The notes under the pieces: model-generated | Database searches by the model: none | The model's input: the letters and a program-made list of their open reading frames with translations, nothing else | Told to the model about the DNA's origin: nothing | Assembly: GCF_006345805.1 (NCBI RefSeq) | Contig: NC_043001.1 | Coordinates: 30,256,001-30,320,000 of the forward strand | DNA length: 64,000 nt | Source of the DNA: Octopus sinensis | Lineage: Eukaryota | Direction of reading: 5' to 3' | Part shown: positions 50,610 through 63,260 of the stretch, in pieces | Layout of the letters: every line of letters begins with the position of its first letter | Numbering within the stretch: the stretch's first letter is position 1 | Translations under genes and position numbers: made by a program

Positions 50610-50750
50610 TACAACGGGCTTCTTTCAGTTTCCGTCTACCAAATCCACTCACAAGGCTATAGAAGACACTTGCCCAAGGTTCCACGCAGTGGGACTGAAC
50701 CCAGAACCATGTGGTTGGTAAGCAAGCTACTTACCACACAGCCACTCCTA
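50025..50750 (-). mobile_element. two tandem family A SINEs
   Basis: Reverse family A motifs at 50025-50360 and 50372-50750. Confidence 0.8.
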
Positions 50751-51653
50751 CATATAAGTATTGTCAAAATGATTGAAGAATCAGCATACTGTTAAAAAAT
50801 TTGATTGGCACTCATCAAAAGTTATTGTGGTAAACAAGAACTTAAAAGCATTGAATATTTGTTTGAACTTTTTATGTGCAGGGTTCAAATCCTGCTGTGA
50901 ACTTTGATTCCATCTTTCAGTGTTCAATAAAATACTAGTTCAGAACAATAGACTGGAAAATTGTTCAAGAATTGGACAACATGCTTTGTAATACTTACTT
51001 CACCTCCTCATGTTCAGAATGCCAAGAAGATGGTGAATTTGGTGGTGAGCAAGGTATCTTTGAAGGAAACAAACTTTGTTATCTTCAAAGGATACTATCT
51101 TTGTATTTGTCTTTAAAAAGTCTATAACTAGCTTATAACACTAAATAAGTCACCAAGGAACAGAAATGAAACTGGTGGTGCAAAAAAGAAGTTAATAGCA
51201 GGACACAGAAATATCACTCATCAGTAAACAAAGACTAACAGTACAGCAACTAATACCAAAAGCAACTATAGACTTCTTAATTAGTACTCATTAGGGAGTG
51301 GCTAGATTTTATGACTTAAATAACATATTTAACGATGGAGGAAGAGCCGGTAAAAAAGTTTGAAATGAATGAAACTAAAATTCAAAAAAGGCTCTTCTCT
51401 CCACTTTGTGATGCAAGCATAAAAAGTGTGATGTTATATGATGAATTCAGAGGGCATGCAGCAATTTGAGAATAAGTTCTGTAAAGTTTCTTGTATGCAA
51501 AATGCACCAAGCAAACTAAGTTGAGATAGTGACTGGATATTGAGAGAAAATATCTGCATGAGTAAGAGATATATGGTTATATGCAGTGCATATTTATTGG
51601 ACAAAGGGTTGAGACAACTGGAAGCATTTATATTTCAATGGTTTTTATAAAAA

Positions 51654-51993
51654 CTAGCAGAGATACCCAGCCTTGCATGGGATTAAAATGGCATAAATTT
51701 TTATTGTTTTACTTGTTTCAGTCATGTGACTGTGGCCATGCTGGAGCACTGCCGTTGGTCGAAGAAATCAACCACAGGATTTATTCTTTGTAAGCCTAGT
51801 ATTCATTCTGCCAATGTCTTTTACCAAATTGCTAAGTAACGGGAATGTAAATACAGCAACATCAGTTGTCAAGCAATGGTGGGGGTAAAAACACAAGACA
51901 CGCACACACATACATATATATACGACAGTGTTCTTTCAGTTTCCAAGTACGAAATCCACTCACAAGGTTTTGGTTGGTCTGAGGCTATAATAA

Positions 51994-52031
<38 letters not shown>

Positions 52032-53466
52032 GCTGACATAGCTGGTAATTCCCAGGAAAGCGAGCTTATCCCTTGGTTCCATTCTCATGATTGTTTTGCT
52101 AATCTAATAACAAAAATACAAAGTATGTAGCCCTTACAACGGTTTTTGTGTATTTATTGAGAATACCGAACTGTCTTATAAAGGATCTTGTTTTTAGGAA
52201 TTCCCAATAAGTTATGAATACCCAAATTGTGAAGTCAGTTATGTAATAACATGAAATTAATTACCATATAGTAAGAATTCAAATAAATAAAATAAAGGGC
52301 TTTAATACATTCCCAGAGTATATAGATTTTAGGAGGAAATACTAATAAGGGGCATGGCTGTGTAGTTAGGGAGCTTGCTTCCTACCTACATGGCTTTGGG
52401 TTCAGTCCCACTGCGTGGCACTTTGGGTAGGTGTCTTCCACTATAGCCCCGAGCCGACCGGAGCTTTGTGATTGAATTCGGTAGGTGGAAGTTATTGCCA
52501 TGTGTGTAGGTGCTTGTGCCTCTCCAAAAGAGAGAGAGGTGTATACTAAAACCATGAAACATTTTACGTAATAACAGGCTAACCAGATCATCATCAACGT
52601 TTAATGTCCACTTTCCATGCTAGCATGGGTTGGACGATTTGACTGAGGACTGGCAAACCAGATGGCTGCACCAGGCTCCAATCTGATCTGGCAGAATTTC
52701 TACAGCTGGATGCCAACCACTCCAAGAGTGTAGTGGGTGCTTTTACATACAACTGGCACGAGGACCAGTCAGGCAGTACTGGCAACGGCCACGCTCAAAT
52801 AGTGTTTTTGACGAGCCACCTGCACAGGAGCCAGTCCAGCAGCACTGGCAACGACCTTGCTCAAATGTTTTTTCACGTGCCAGTAAGGCGACACTGGTAA
52901 CGATCACGCTCAAATGGTGCTTTTTACATGCCAGTGACACGGAAGCCAGTTAGCTGCTCTGGCAACGATCATGCTTGCATGGTGCTCTTAGCACTCCACT
53001 AGCACGGATGCCAGTCATGAGATAATAACAATTCAAAGTAATTAACTGTGAAAAAAAGCTTATTCACGAACATACCAACACAAGCACTAGTGTTAGTATA
53101 TTCGTGAATAAGTCACTAACCGAAATAAGTGGATCTATTGTTTAGGAAAATACTATTTGTATTAGATAAATTGAGAAAATAACTAAAATAGTTCAAATAC
53201 TAAGAAATAAGCATACTGAAAATGAATGGGTTGTTTCCCTTGGAAGCTTAAAAATTTTACTCCCACTGTTCACTCATGCCCAAATATTATTCCTCCTGCC
53301 GTTTACCCAAACATTTTTCGAAATCAATTTATACTTAAAACCCAAATACATAAGCATACATAGTGCGTATGAAGTTTAAGAAAAATTGGTCGAGCTGTTT
53401 TGACGCAAAATGAGGACATACCGATACACAGACACACACAGACATTTTCAGTTTTAATATGTAAGA
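51654..53466 (-). mobile_element. Helitron-like non-autonomous element carrying nested SINEs
   Basis: Minus 5' end TCTTACATATTAAAACTG..TGTCTGTGTGT at 53466, and 3' end CCCATGCAAGGCTGGG..CTAG at 51654. Three SINE pieces lie between them. Confidence 0.5.
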
Positions 53467-56400
53467 TAAGAACGATAAACATGATCAGATTTATTAAAAA
53501 ATTTATTCACAATTCTTGTAAAAGTGGTCGATAATTTCTCCAAAATCATTGAAAGCATAACAAATAAATAAAAAAGAGCAAAATGTATTTTATTGCTTCT
53601 TTATAGAAGAAATACATTAAAAAAAAAATTAGCAAGACCATTTATAACAAAATGAATGGACAGAAACAGTCAAAACTGTATGAAAAGACTACACTGCATG
53701 GAGTGCTATTCTAACCAGTGAATAATAGAACAGCAGCAAGAGCAGTTGTCAGTTATATACCAGAGGAAAAACAGGAACAACCATCTGACACTACAGTGAG
53801 GAATAAGAGGAGGAGACAGTAGGTACCTATTTCACATACCTCTGGTTCTTTTTAAGTAGAAATACCTATTTGAATAGCTGGTTTCAATCCTGGCATGGCT
53901 AAGGTGTTGATTATCTTAATAATGACACTATTCTCATCATCAGGACTGTTTCAACTGGTTTACAGCAAAGGAAATAACACAGTTCAAATGGTGGTGGTGC
54001 TGTCATTTCACTACAAGAGAAAAATAGAAGAAACTTCAAATAAGTATCATCCAATCATCTATGAAAGTTAACATATGTCAACACAATCTAAAAACAAACA
54101 CCTTCATTGCACACCACACGTTCTAGCATAAACAATAGTTCCTGCTCAAATCAAAAAGAAATATCTTTTTGATTGGCTGTTATGAAAGACAAATTCAAAT
54201 TTTTTTAGAAATTTGTAAATCACCATAAGACTAAAAATTCAACTATAAGATACAGCTCCCATATAATTGCCATCTGAATAAAAAAAAAACTGTGTGAATA
54301 ATCTAACAAAATGAATAATGAGAAGCTAAGAGATGACAGACAAATATTCTTAATTTATCAGGTTTAAATTTGCAACACCATTTGTTAGATTAAAAAATGG
54401 TACTGAGTAAAAATGATCATAAGGAAAAAAAATATATACATTAAGTTGCAAATTTTATTAATGAACACAAAAAATGTGGTCAAGTAATATCTGAAGGAAA
54501 TATTTTATCAATTTTCAGAGCAATGAAAAACAAAAATGGTTTCAGGAAATACAGAAAATAAATCTATACCAACAGAAAATTTAAGAATATTTTCTATTGA
54601 TTGAAAATGAAAAGAAAAATAAATGGTTTGGAAAATAATAATAAAAAAAAAAACTATTAAATTTGTTGTTCAGTTTTTATTTAATTCTATGATTTTAATT
54701 AGGTACAAAACACGATATACTTAAAACAAAATATGATGATAATGAAACAATACTTGTCATTCAAATTTTTACAAGAAACCTTTCATCTAATATTTAAAAA
54801 AAAAATTATAATACAAAAGTTTGTTTTCTTTATTATTTAGAGTCACTGAAAAAATAAATGACAAAATAAGTTTATATTTTGCCCAAATAAGCTAAGTTAA
54901 AATTAGTCAACAATGGTTTATGTGAGTGAGGAAATTTCCAATTAGCAGGGAGGAATCAGAATTTTATCAGTTTACCATTTGAAACTAATACTTTTTTTTT
55001 TTTAAGAGGCAGCTGTATGCTTGTTGTTTACTAATAAAAATGTAGTAATAATAAATGTATTAAACTTTTTTTTTTAAAAGTACTTCTCAAAAAATCTTGC
55101 CATATAATGTAAGGCAATAATTTAAATGCATTTCTTTTTTCAAAAAAAAAAAAAAATTCGTAAAGATATTTCAATAATAAATCAGTGCGCAAAATTTTCA
55201 GTCAAGGATACAGATTGAATTACGCTAAAAGTGATGGTACAGGGAAGGTGTCTGTATGTACTGTCACCACCCCCCAGCAGTCAGTCAGTCAATGTCTTTA
55301 AACGCTTGGCCAGAGAAAGCTGCACTAACCTCTGTATGCTCATCAAATCCATACATGCAGTACTCACTCCCACGATCAGCAAACATTGAGTAGAAAGCTG
55401 GTAACAAGAGAATACCTTTAATACAAACCATCTAAAAGACATGATGGCCAGTGATGAACAACTAGTAATTCAGCTTTCATATAGGGAACATTTCAACTAT
55501 CTACATTTAAATAGTTTTACTAAAACTTGGAAACAATGAAAGTGTGAAGAATATATCATAGTTGAAGTCAACACATGCAAATAACCTATTGAAACTGAAG
55601 TTGTTGAACCAAGAAATACTATAAAAATGCCCTACTGTTAAAAGATTAAAAAAATGACCAATAAATAAATAAAATTGAAATAAATAATTTAATTTTGATA
55701 GATTATTACAAAATAGCAATTCTGACCAATTCTGAACCCAATTAAGTGGACTTTTGTAATATAATTTTGAAAAGTAAATTAAATAATCAATGGGGAAATT
55801 TTTAAAAAAATGAAACTTTCAAAAGGTTGGTTTATGCTAATAAGGAAAACAACATTCTAATTTATAAAAAACTTTGTGTGTGTGTGTGTGTGTGCATGCG
55901 CGCATGTGTATGTGTAAAATTTCAGGTATATTTAGTGTAACTATATTCAAATAGTTTTTGTGGTGATATAAATATACATAACTAATTTCAGTAATAATAT
56001 CCTTCACTTTATCACCAGTCTGGCCAGTCAATAACTGAATAAAATTTACATTATGAAATCATCAGTAGAAAAAGAATAGCTAAATACTAGAGCTAAATAG
56101 ATATACAGTAAAATAGAAATTAGCACTAGTAATAAGCATATGCCCATTTAAAAGAAAGGGATCAAGAAATAATTAATCAAACCTGTTAAAACTAAAATAT
56201 CTAGAAAAATTGAAATTGGCAACATGTCTTTTTCATACATTTAAAAAAAAAAAGCCATGCAAATTCTTCAAAACTGCAAAAAAAAAATTCAATCAAACAA
56301 TGACCTCTAATATTCGAATTTAATCTGAAAGTTTCAATATGAAAAAAAGTTTGTAATACCAATATTATTATGCCAATAGAGTAATCAACTCAAAACTCTA

Positions 56401-57817
56401 TTTTGGCAGAAAAATATGACGAGATTGTGACTGCAACATCGAAATCTTGGTTTGAGAAAATTCAAAAATGGGAACAAGGGGCATCAATGGAATATGACGG
56501 ACTACAGAAGTGGTGAGTGAAAACTCCTCATTAGGATTGCTTATCTTCAGTGTGACAGAGCAGAATAAATGTAGCCATACCTCAAATAAAACTGTTCTCT
56601 GCCTGCTGCCAATACACTCCAAACTTGTACTCATACCAATAGATGAAAATGAACAAAGACAACAGCTGTTAGCAAGCAATCTACATTGCAATAAGTTTTG
56701 AGCCATTTGTGGTTGAAAATCAGAAAATGCTGTAAAAAGAAGTTGATATCAGCAGATTGATGAGTATCGAGTTGATATAGTTAATGCATTTGTGGCTGGC
56801 ATAGCCTGAGTGAAACCAGCGTAATACTTTCAGGAACAAACAGGGAATGATGCACCAATTTAAGATGAAATATTATTGTAATCCTTCAAACTAGTCTCAG
56901 CTGCAATCTTGCACTGGTTTTACCATGCTGGCATAGTTAAGTGACAAACTAAAGCACAGTATGAAAATGACATACTTTTCCAATTACAAAAATATCTATC
57001 AGTTAAGCAGGAAAAGCACACTGAAAAGCCTATCCATAAAATCCAAGGCTTTGTCACATCAGTTAAATGCTTGGTGCCCATGTTTTATAAATGGAGCTTT
57101 TTACTATAAATTATGTGAAAAAAATTATTACTGAATAATTACATGAAATATTTAATAAATTTTGAAAATATATCTTTAAAATATAATTAGAATTTCTCTC
57201 AAAATATCAGCATCTTCATGTAGCTTTATATTTATTTTCCCATGTTAGCACAAGTACTTTTCAACTAGGTAGTGTACCTACCCAACAAAGTAGGAATAGA
57301 GCCTGGTATTAAGCAGGTAACTGCTGTAAGTAAAGTTGTTATATTTCTGTCCAAGAGTTATACACAATGGCTCAAGATTTGATGGTCATAAAGTGAGTTC
57401 TTCAAAGCTTTAACCACCAGCCACTGTAATAACAAATCATTCTGTATGTTCTACGATAAATTGTTTTTGTAATTTGTTAAAAGAATTTTAACAATACAAT
57501 TTCATGTCAAACAATTCTTACACAGAAATAATTTATGATACTACATAACTCCTTTTAGTATGCTTCAATCTAAAGTATTTAGTTATATCCATTTCAACTG
57601 ATACACTACTCGAAGCTAATATTTTATTTGAATATATCTTGAAATTAAATATGTAAGTAGATAAACCAAAGGAAATGATTCTTTTGTTTCAACTCCAAAA
57701 ATCTCAGGCTACCTATCTTTAAATACTGTTACATTTGCAAGTTTGTTCCCTTTTAATTCTAAATGCAGAAGGCCATCAACTCAGGATACACTATCAGAAT
57801 CCTGGCTTTTCACTTAC

Positions 57818-57903
57818 CTTAAGATCTGAAAGAGAAAGTGTAAATCCCCAATGTGGAAGCATTAACATATATTTCAGATTCATCTTTTTTTATATTTCTT
57901 CTG
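57818..57903 (-). other. candidate 3'UTR exon of the RS gene (86 nt, or an 8-nt microexon using the internal acceptor)
   Basis: Donor AAG|GTAAGT. Acceptors TTCTGTGTTCTCATTAG| and CTTTCTCTTTCAG|ATCTTAAG. Confidence 0.4.
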
Positions 57904-58142
57904 CTAATGAGAACACAGAATAAGGCAATTTAGAGTGTGTTGCTGGTATATGAACGCAAACATACACACACACTCTTGGCTAAAACATCTATCACAACCT
58001 AAATCATACATTCAACATAACATGGAAATGAATTTTATTTCTCCAAGTAAATATATACAAATCTGCACAAAACAGAATTCAGCAGGGAAGATAGTATAAA
58101 TGAAGCCGCTTACATATCAATTATCTAAGACCAAAGAAATAC

Positions 58143-58303
58143 CTGTATAGAGAGGCAAGCATCACTGGTGTCGAGGAAGCATTGAGGCACCGTGGTCTCA
58201 TGTAACAGATTGGTAGTCAAAGCAATGCTCTCAACATTGGCAACCGAGCAATTCAAACATGGTGCTGACAAAGATTGATAGAACTGCATAAATAGAAATC
58301 TGT
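58143..58303 (-). other. candidate 3'UTR exon of the RS gene
   Basis: TTTCTTTTCTGATACAG| acceptor and CAG|GTATTT donor around a GC-richer island. Confidence 0.5.
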
Positions 58304-59350
58304 CTGTATCAGAAAAGAAACTGGTCAGACTATAGGCATGTGCTTATAATAAAACCACTGGAATGATGATGGTGTCTGTGCAGGAAAATAAAATATTAAG
58401 GCCCCATTCACAAATAACATTAAACCCAGATTTTTTTCATGTTTATTGATGCAGTGGTTAAAAACTTTGTAATATGTTTAAAAAGAAGAAAAAAAGTGAA
58501 GTGACTAAGTTTTACTTTGTTTATAAAATCAAATTTTGATGTAGGTTTTTGTAAATTTTTTTTTTTCCAGCAGAGTTATTTTGATGGAGCAGTAAATAAC
58601 TATTATATAAGAAAGTTGATAAAATCTAAGTTTTGGGGGTGTTTTTAGTCTATGCTTAAAGTATTTATTAGAATAAAATATATTGCTCTTTTCAAGTACA
58701 CATTTTTATGTTTCAGAGACATTCTCAAACTGGAGATTTTTTTTAATTATTTGGAAGTAAACATAAAGAGTTAATTTAATCTGATTTTGCAGTCAAGTTT
58801 GAATAGCAAAACATTGGCTAGCTTATATTTCATACCTATACTCAATGTTATGTATAAAAGAAAGAAAGAAAGCGTTTCTTTAAATTACACAACATTCATG
58901 TATTCATTTTAGACATCAAATGATATTAAAATGAAATATATAAAATGTCAATGCTATATTGAGTAATTAGAGAAATTGAGATTGAAAGACTAAAAATGAA
59001 TTAAGAAACTCAATCTGGCTAATTTTTGAAGGAATAAGTGATTTTCCCACACTCCTCAAATGAGTCGAGCTTCAGCTAAGTTAAAATAAAATTATTGTAA
59101 TTCTACCAGTTTTCAAATCAAGTAAAATTGATGTTAGTATTTTCTGTGATTATTTTTCTAAAAACTACAAAATTCCTATTCCACAAAATGAAAAAGAACT
59201 GTAACACAATTATCCCTTTTGATGACATCACTATTAAGAATTATCTTAATTCGATACCAGTATTATTATGGACAATATCAAAGCATTCTTCATTCACACA
59301 CATTATCATTAACAAAAATTACAAGCAGCAACAGATTAAGATATGTTTAC

Positions 59351-59442
59351 CAGTTCTTCGATTATCAGCCAATTCATTATCGACCTTGAACACAGATCCA
59401 TGAATGGGACTATAATGGCAGGAAGAAAATCTATTAAATATA
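59351..59442 (-). other. candidate 3'UTR exon of the RS gene
   Basis: Long pyrimidine tract ending CATCCTTTAG| (alternative AG 12 nt further on), and donor CTG|GTAAAC. Confidence 0.4.
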
Positions 59443-59756
59443 CTAAAGGATGAATACAGGTTTAAGGGGTGGGGGAGCACAGGGAACAGTAGGTGCTGAT
59501 GACATTTACCAAGTATATTGTTTAGAAGTGCCATGACAGTCTGTTTTAGTTTACAGACCAACATATTTGAGTGGCTGCCGTCTATTAGCTTGGTGTCTCT
59601 TGCTCAACTCCAATGGACGAACAAATAGACAGACGGACGGATGCATGCCAGTAGAGGTCACCACTTACCTCTGAATGAGCTGAAAGCAAGATCAGGTAAA
59701 CCATTAGACAGTCACTTACCAGCATGGGTTGATCAGAAGCAGGCTAGATCAATCAT

Positions 59757-59911
59757 TCATTTAGTGTCACCTTCAGAATGTGTGCCAGTCTCTTCATTAC
59801 TATCATCAATATCAGCACGGCTGTCTGATGGAATTTCACCATCTTCATATTTATCATAGTGCATCATCTCCATATGCTGGGTGTTGTCATCGTTGTACAT
59901 TAACTGCTTAT
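59757..59911 (-). CDS. last coding exon (acidic tail) of an RS-domain protein
   Basis: TTTTAAATCCAG|AT phase-1 acceptor, reading (D)KQLMYNDDNTQHMEMMHYDKYEDGEIPSDSRADIDDSNEETGTHSEGDTK*. In frame with 62120-62523. Confidence 0.8.
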
Positions 59912-61350
59912 CTGGATTTAAAATAAAATTGGAATACCTAAGCTCTAAAGATATAGATTATATGATCTAAGAATTGCAATATTTCCTGGTCAAGTTTTCA
60001 GTGTTTCTCATATATACAAATTATGTACAATTTTGTGCTTTAAATAGATTTTATACAATAAAGGAATCACAGAAAATTATGAAACCAAAATTTACAAAAA
60101 TGTAAAATGCAAGACACATCCAAAATACTGCAAACGTAAAGAGTTTTTTTATTTTTTTTATTTCAACAGATATTGACATAATTGATGTCATTATATAGGA
60201 CCAAAGCATAAACATCACACATCATGAAAAAAGATTTTGAATTTCACAATTCATGTTCAACACAATTGAAAACATTATACTTCATGCAAATGCTAGACTT
60301 AACAGACTTTCTTGATGGTTACATGATTAATTACATATAGAGATAAGATTTCATTAAAGATTGTCTTGCATAACAGAGCCATAAAACATTTCAGTCCCAA
60401 TATATTATCAGTACTCAACCTATCAGGCTTAGCTCACTTTTGTCTTTTAGTCGCCAAAACAATCTGAAACTAGACCACTAGTGTAAACTTTATACATTTG
60501 GCCAGGAACCAATGCATTGTTTACTTCAATGAGCATTTGATTACTAAGGAACTGCTACCAAACCAAGCTCAGTATGGAGTTGGATTACTGGAAAATAGAT
60601 GAAGGTGTCAAAAGGATGTTGACTTGTGTAGCCAACTTTACAAAGAAAGAGGATTTTCATAATGGATGATAGTGGCTTCCCAGAGCAACATTACCAGAGA
60701 TCATACATTCATATATAATCAATGTCATGAACATAATTACCACTAGTTATCAAATACCATGAAACAATAAGGTCCTTAGTTTGTAGGGACCAATTTCACA
60801 ACTACATAGAAAAAAATAAAATAAGCATAATTGAAACGCATGTATATTTGACTTGTATATTACTCACATGTTTTGGATAACTACATTCAATAGAGAACCA
60901 TCCACTTTTTGAATAATCTCAACTCTTCTCAATAACATTTCCACCTGAACACATACATTTCTCCAACCACCTCTATAATATCTCATCCACTATACTTAAA
61001 CTAATTATTTCTCGATACTTCCTTTTTAGTACTGTTTCAATTTGGGTAAAACTTCATTGGAGTAATGTTAGTTACAGCAAAAATAATAAGCATTCAAAAG
61101 AAAACAGTGCAGTAATGAGGTAGCAGTGTTAGCTCTCTAAATTCTTAGAGATTTATAGTACCTAAGTATTTTAATATGCCTTCAAGAACATATTTTTATT
61201 TCATGATATATATTGTGTATAAGTTTCTGCAAAAGGATTTACAACATATTTAAAATCTAATGCAAAGCAACTTATTTCAAATCTTAATTTATTGCTCCAA
61301 AAAGTAAGGTTCCAAATCTATATGTTACTAATCTTGTGAGCGGTAGTAAA

Positions 61351-61727
61351 TCTTTATATATAAAAGTGAAGTTGTGTGTCTGTCTCCTACGATTTAGATT
61401 CCTAACTACTCCCACATTTTGCGGTGCAGTTTAACCAGTGATTCATATCAAGCCCTTCTGGGTATTAGCACACATCTACGATGAGTCTACGATTTAAAAA
61501 AAAATTTACCATCATTTTTTTCCATTTTAATGCATTTTTTCGCTATTATGTAAGGGAAGTAACTCTCTAAAAATGTCTACGATGAGTCAACGATTTAAAA
61601 AAAAATTTACCATCATTTTTTCCCATTTTTAATGCATTTTTTTGCTATTTTTTGGCTATAACTCTCTAAAAATGCTTATATAGTTATATCCCTTACAAAC
61701 CCAAGCAACGCCGGGCGATACTGCTAG
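61351..61727 (+). mobile_element. Helitron-N with an internal tandem duplication
   Basis: 5' TCTTTATATATAAAAG, 3' GCAACGCCGGGCGATACTGCTAG. A ~90-bp internal duplication (TCTACGATGAGTC...). Confidence 0.8.
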
Positions 61728-62119
61728 TCTTATATAGTATACAAGTATGAAGATTTATGCATTCATATCATACATCTACTTTAAGTCAGCCAGACAGATT
61801 TCATTCCACATCATAAACAGGAGAATATTCGTGTACATTCTGCCAACTAATAAACATGTAATTACAGCACTCTTGCGTCTTATAACAGTAAATTGCATCC
61901 CTATTTAGCACCCATATATAATTAGGTAAACTAAGAATTAATTGTCTTTAGCAGGAATACAGCTCAGCATAAATTAATCCAATAGGCTGACATCCTACCA
62001 ATTTGGTCAGCTATAAACCACAAAATAGCTCAATAAATAAAAATGACAAAATTAATAGTTCGCTGCACTGAGGCAGAATTTATAAAGTGTTTTATCTGAT
62101 GATCAAAATTATAACTTAC

Positions 62120-62523
62120 CATTTTCTAAATATAAAATTTTCCTGTCACAATTATTGCCTGGTCGCTGCTTCGAATCATTACTATTTGAGTACTGCCTGG
62201 TTTCTTGGCTGAATGACCGATAACTTGAATCCTGACTACCAGAGCGATGTTTAAGTTCATGACTCCTTGAATGATATTTACTTAGTTCATAGCTAGGTGA
62301 GCCATTTTTAGAATCAGGACTCCGTGATCTGTATTTGGGTTCTTTACTACCTGATCTATGTTTAAATTCTCTACTCCGAGACCTTCTATGATGATTTGAC
62401 TGACGAGAGGAATGGCTTCTAGAACTAGAATGACTCCGTGAACGATGCCGACGAGCAATTTTATGTTTTTCTCTACTACTTGATCTTTGAGATCGATGAC
62501 CATGGCTTCTGGAACGTCTCTTC
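62120..62523 (-). CDS. Arg/Ser/His-rich exon of an SR-related protein; upstream exons are outside or not found in the window
   Basis: TTTTCTCTTGTATTTTTAG|G AAG AGA...AAT G|GTAAGT. Reads KRRSRSHGHRSQRSSSREKHKIARRHRSRSHSSSRSHSS...YRSRSPDS. The ORF track shows a different frame. Confidence 0.85.
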
Positions 62524-62904
62524 CTAAAAATACAAGAGAAAATAAATTAATGAATTTTTGAGGTTTGATTTTCTAAACCAAACTAATCCAGAAAATACAA
62601 CATACTATACCATTTTTTTCAAGGTAACAGCAAAGTATTTCAAATTTGGACAATGTATTATAAGGTTTTAGAATTTGATGACATTCATACTGCAAAGAAC
62701 CCAAATGTGAAGTGGAAGTTGAATCTATTTCCAGCTTGATGGAGTAAAGGAAACAGTAATGCCCTTGACTAGAGAAAAATTTGATTTTTTTCATTTGGTG
62801 GTCTTAAATGTGTTAAATTAATAGCCAGTGTGTCCACATGTATGGATACATACAAACATAAAACAAAATATCATTCTCATATCTTCCATTCTTAGCTGCC
62901 TTCA

Positions 62905-63260
62905 TCATCATCATCATTTAACATCAGTTTTCCATGCTGGCATGGGTTGGACGGATTGACTGGGGACAGGCAAGCCAGGAGGTTGCACCAGGCTCCAATC
63001 AAATCTGGCAAGGTTTCTACAGCTGGATGCCCTTCTTAACGCCAACCACTCCGTGAGTGTAGTGGATGCTTTTTATGTGCCACTGGCATCAGCTATGCTT
63101 GGATGGTGCTTTTTATGTGCTACCGGCACAGGAGCCAGTCGGGGAGGAGTGGCTGGCATTGACCATGTTCAGATGGTGCTTTTTACATGCCACCAGCATG
63201 GGGAGCCAGTGAGGCAGCACTGGCATCAACCCACACATGAATGGTGCTTATTGTGTGCCA
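62905..63260 (-). mobile_element. SINE family B
   Basis: (CAT)n start and reverse body motifs. Confidence 0.8.

Noticed and set aside
56398-56706. 102-aa minus ORF and an overlapping plus ORF
   Set aside because: No recognisable motif, and it lies downstream of the RS gene's stop, so it is most likely UTR.
62282-62503. ORF-track peptide MVIDLKDQ...
   Set aside because: Wrong frame of the RS exon.
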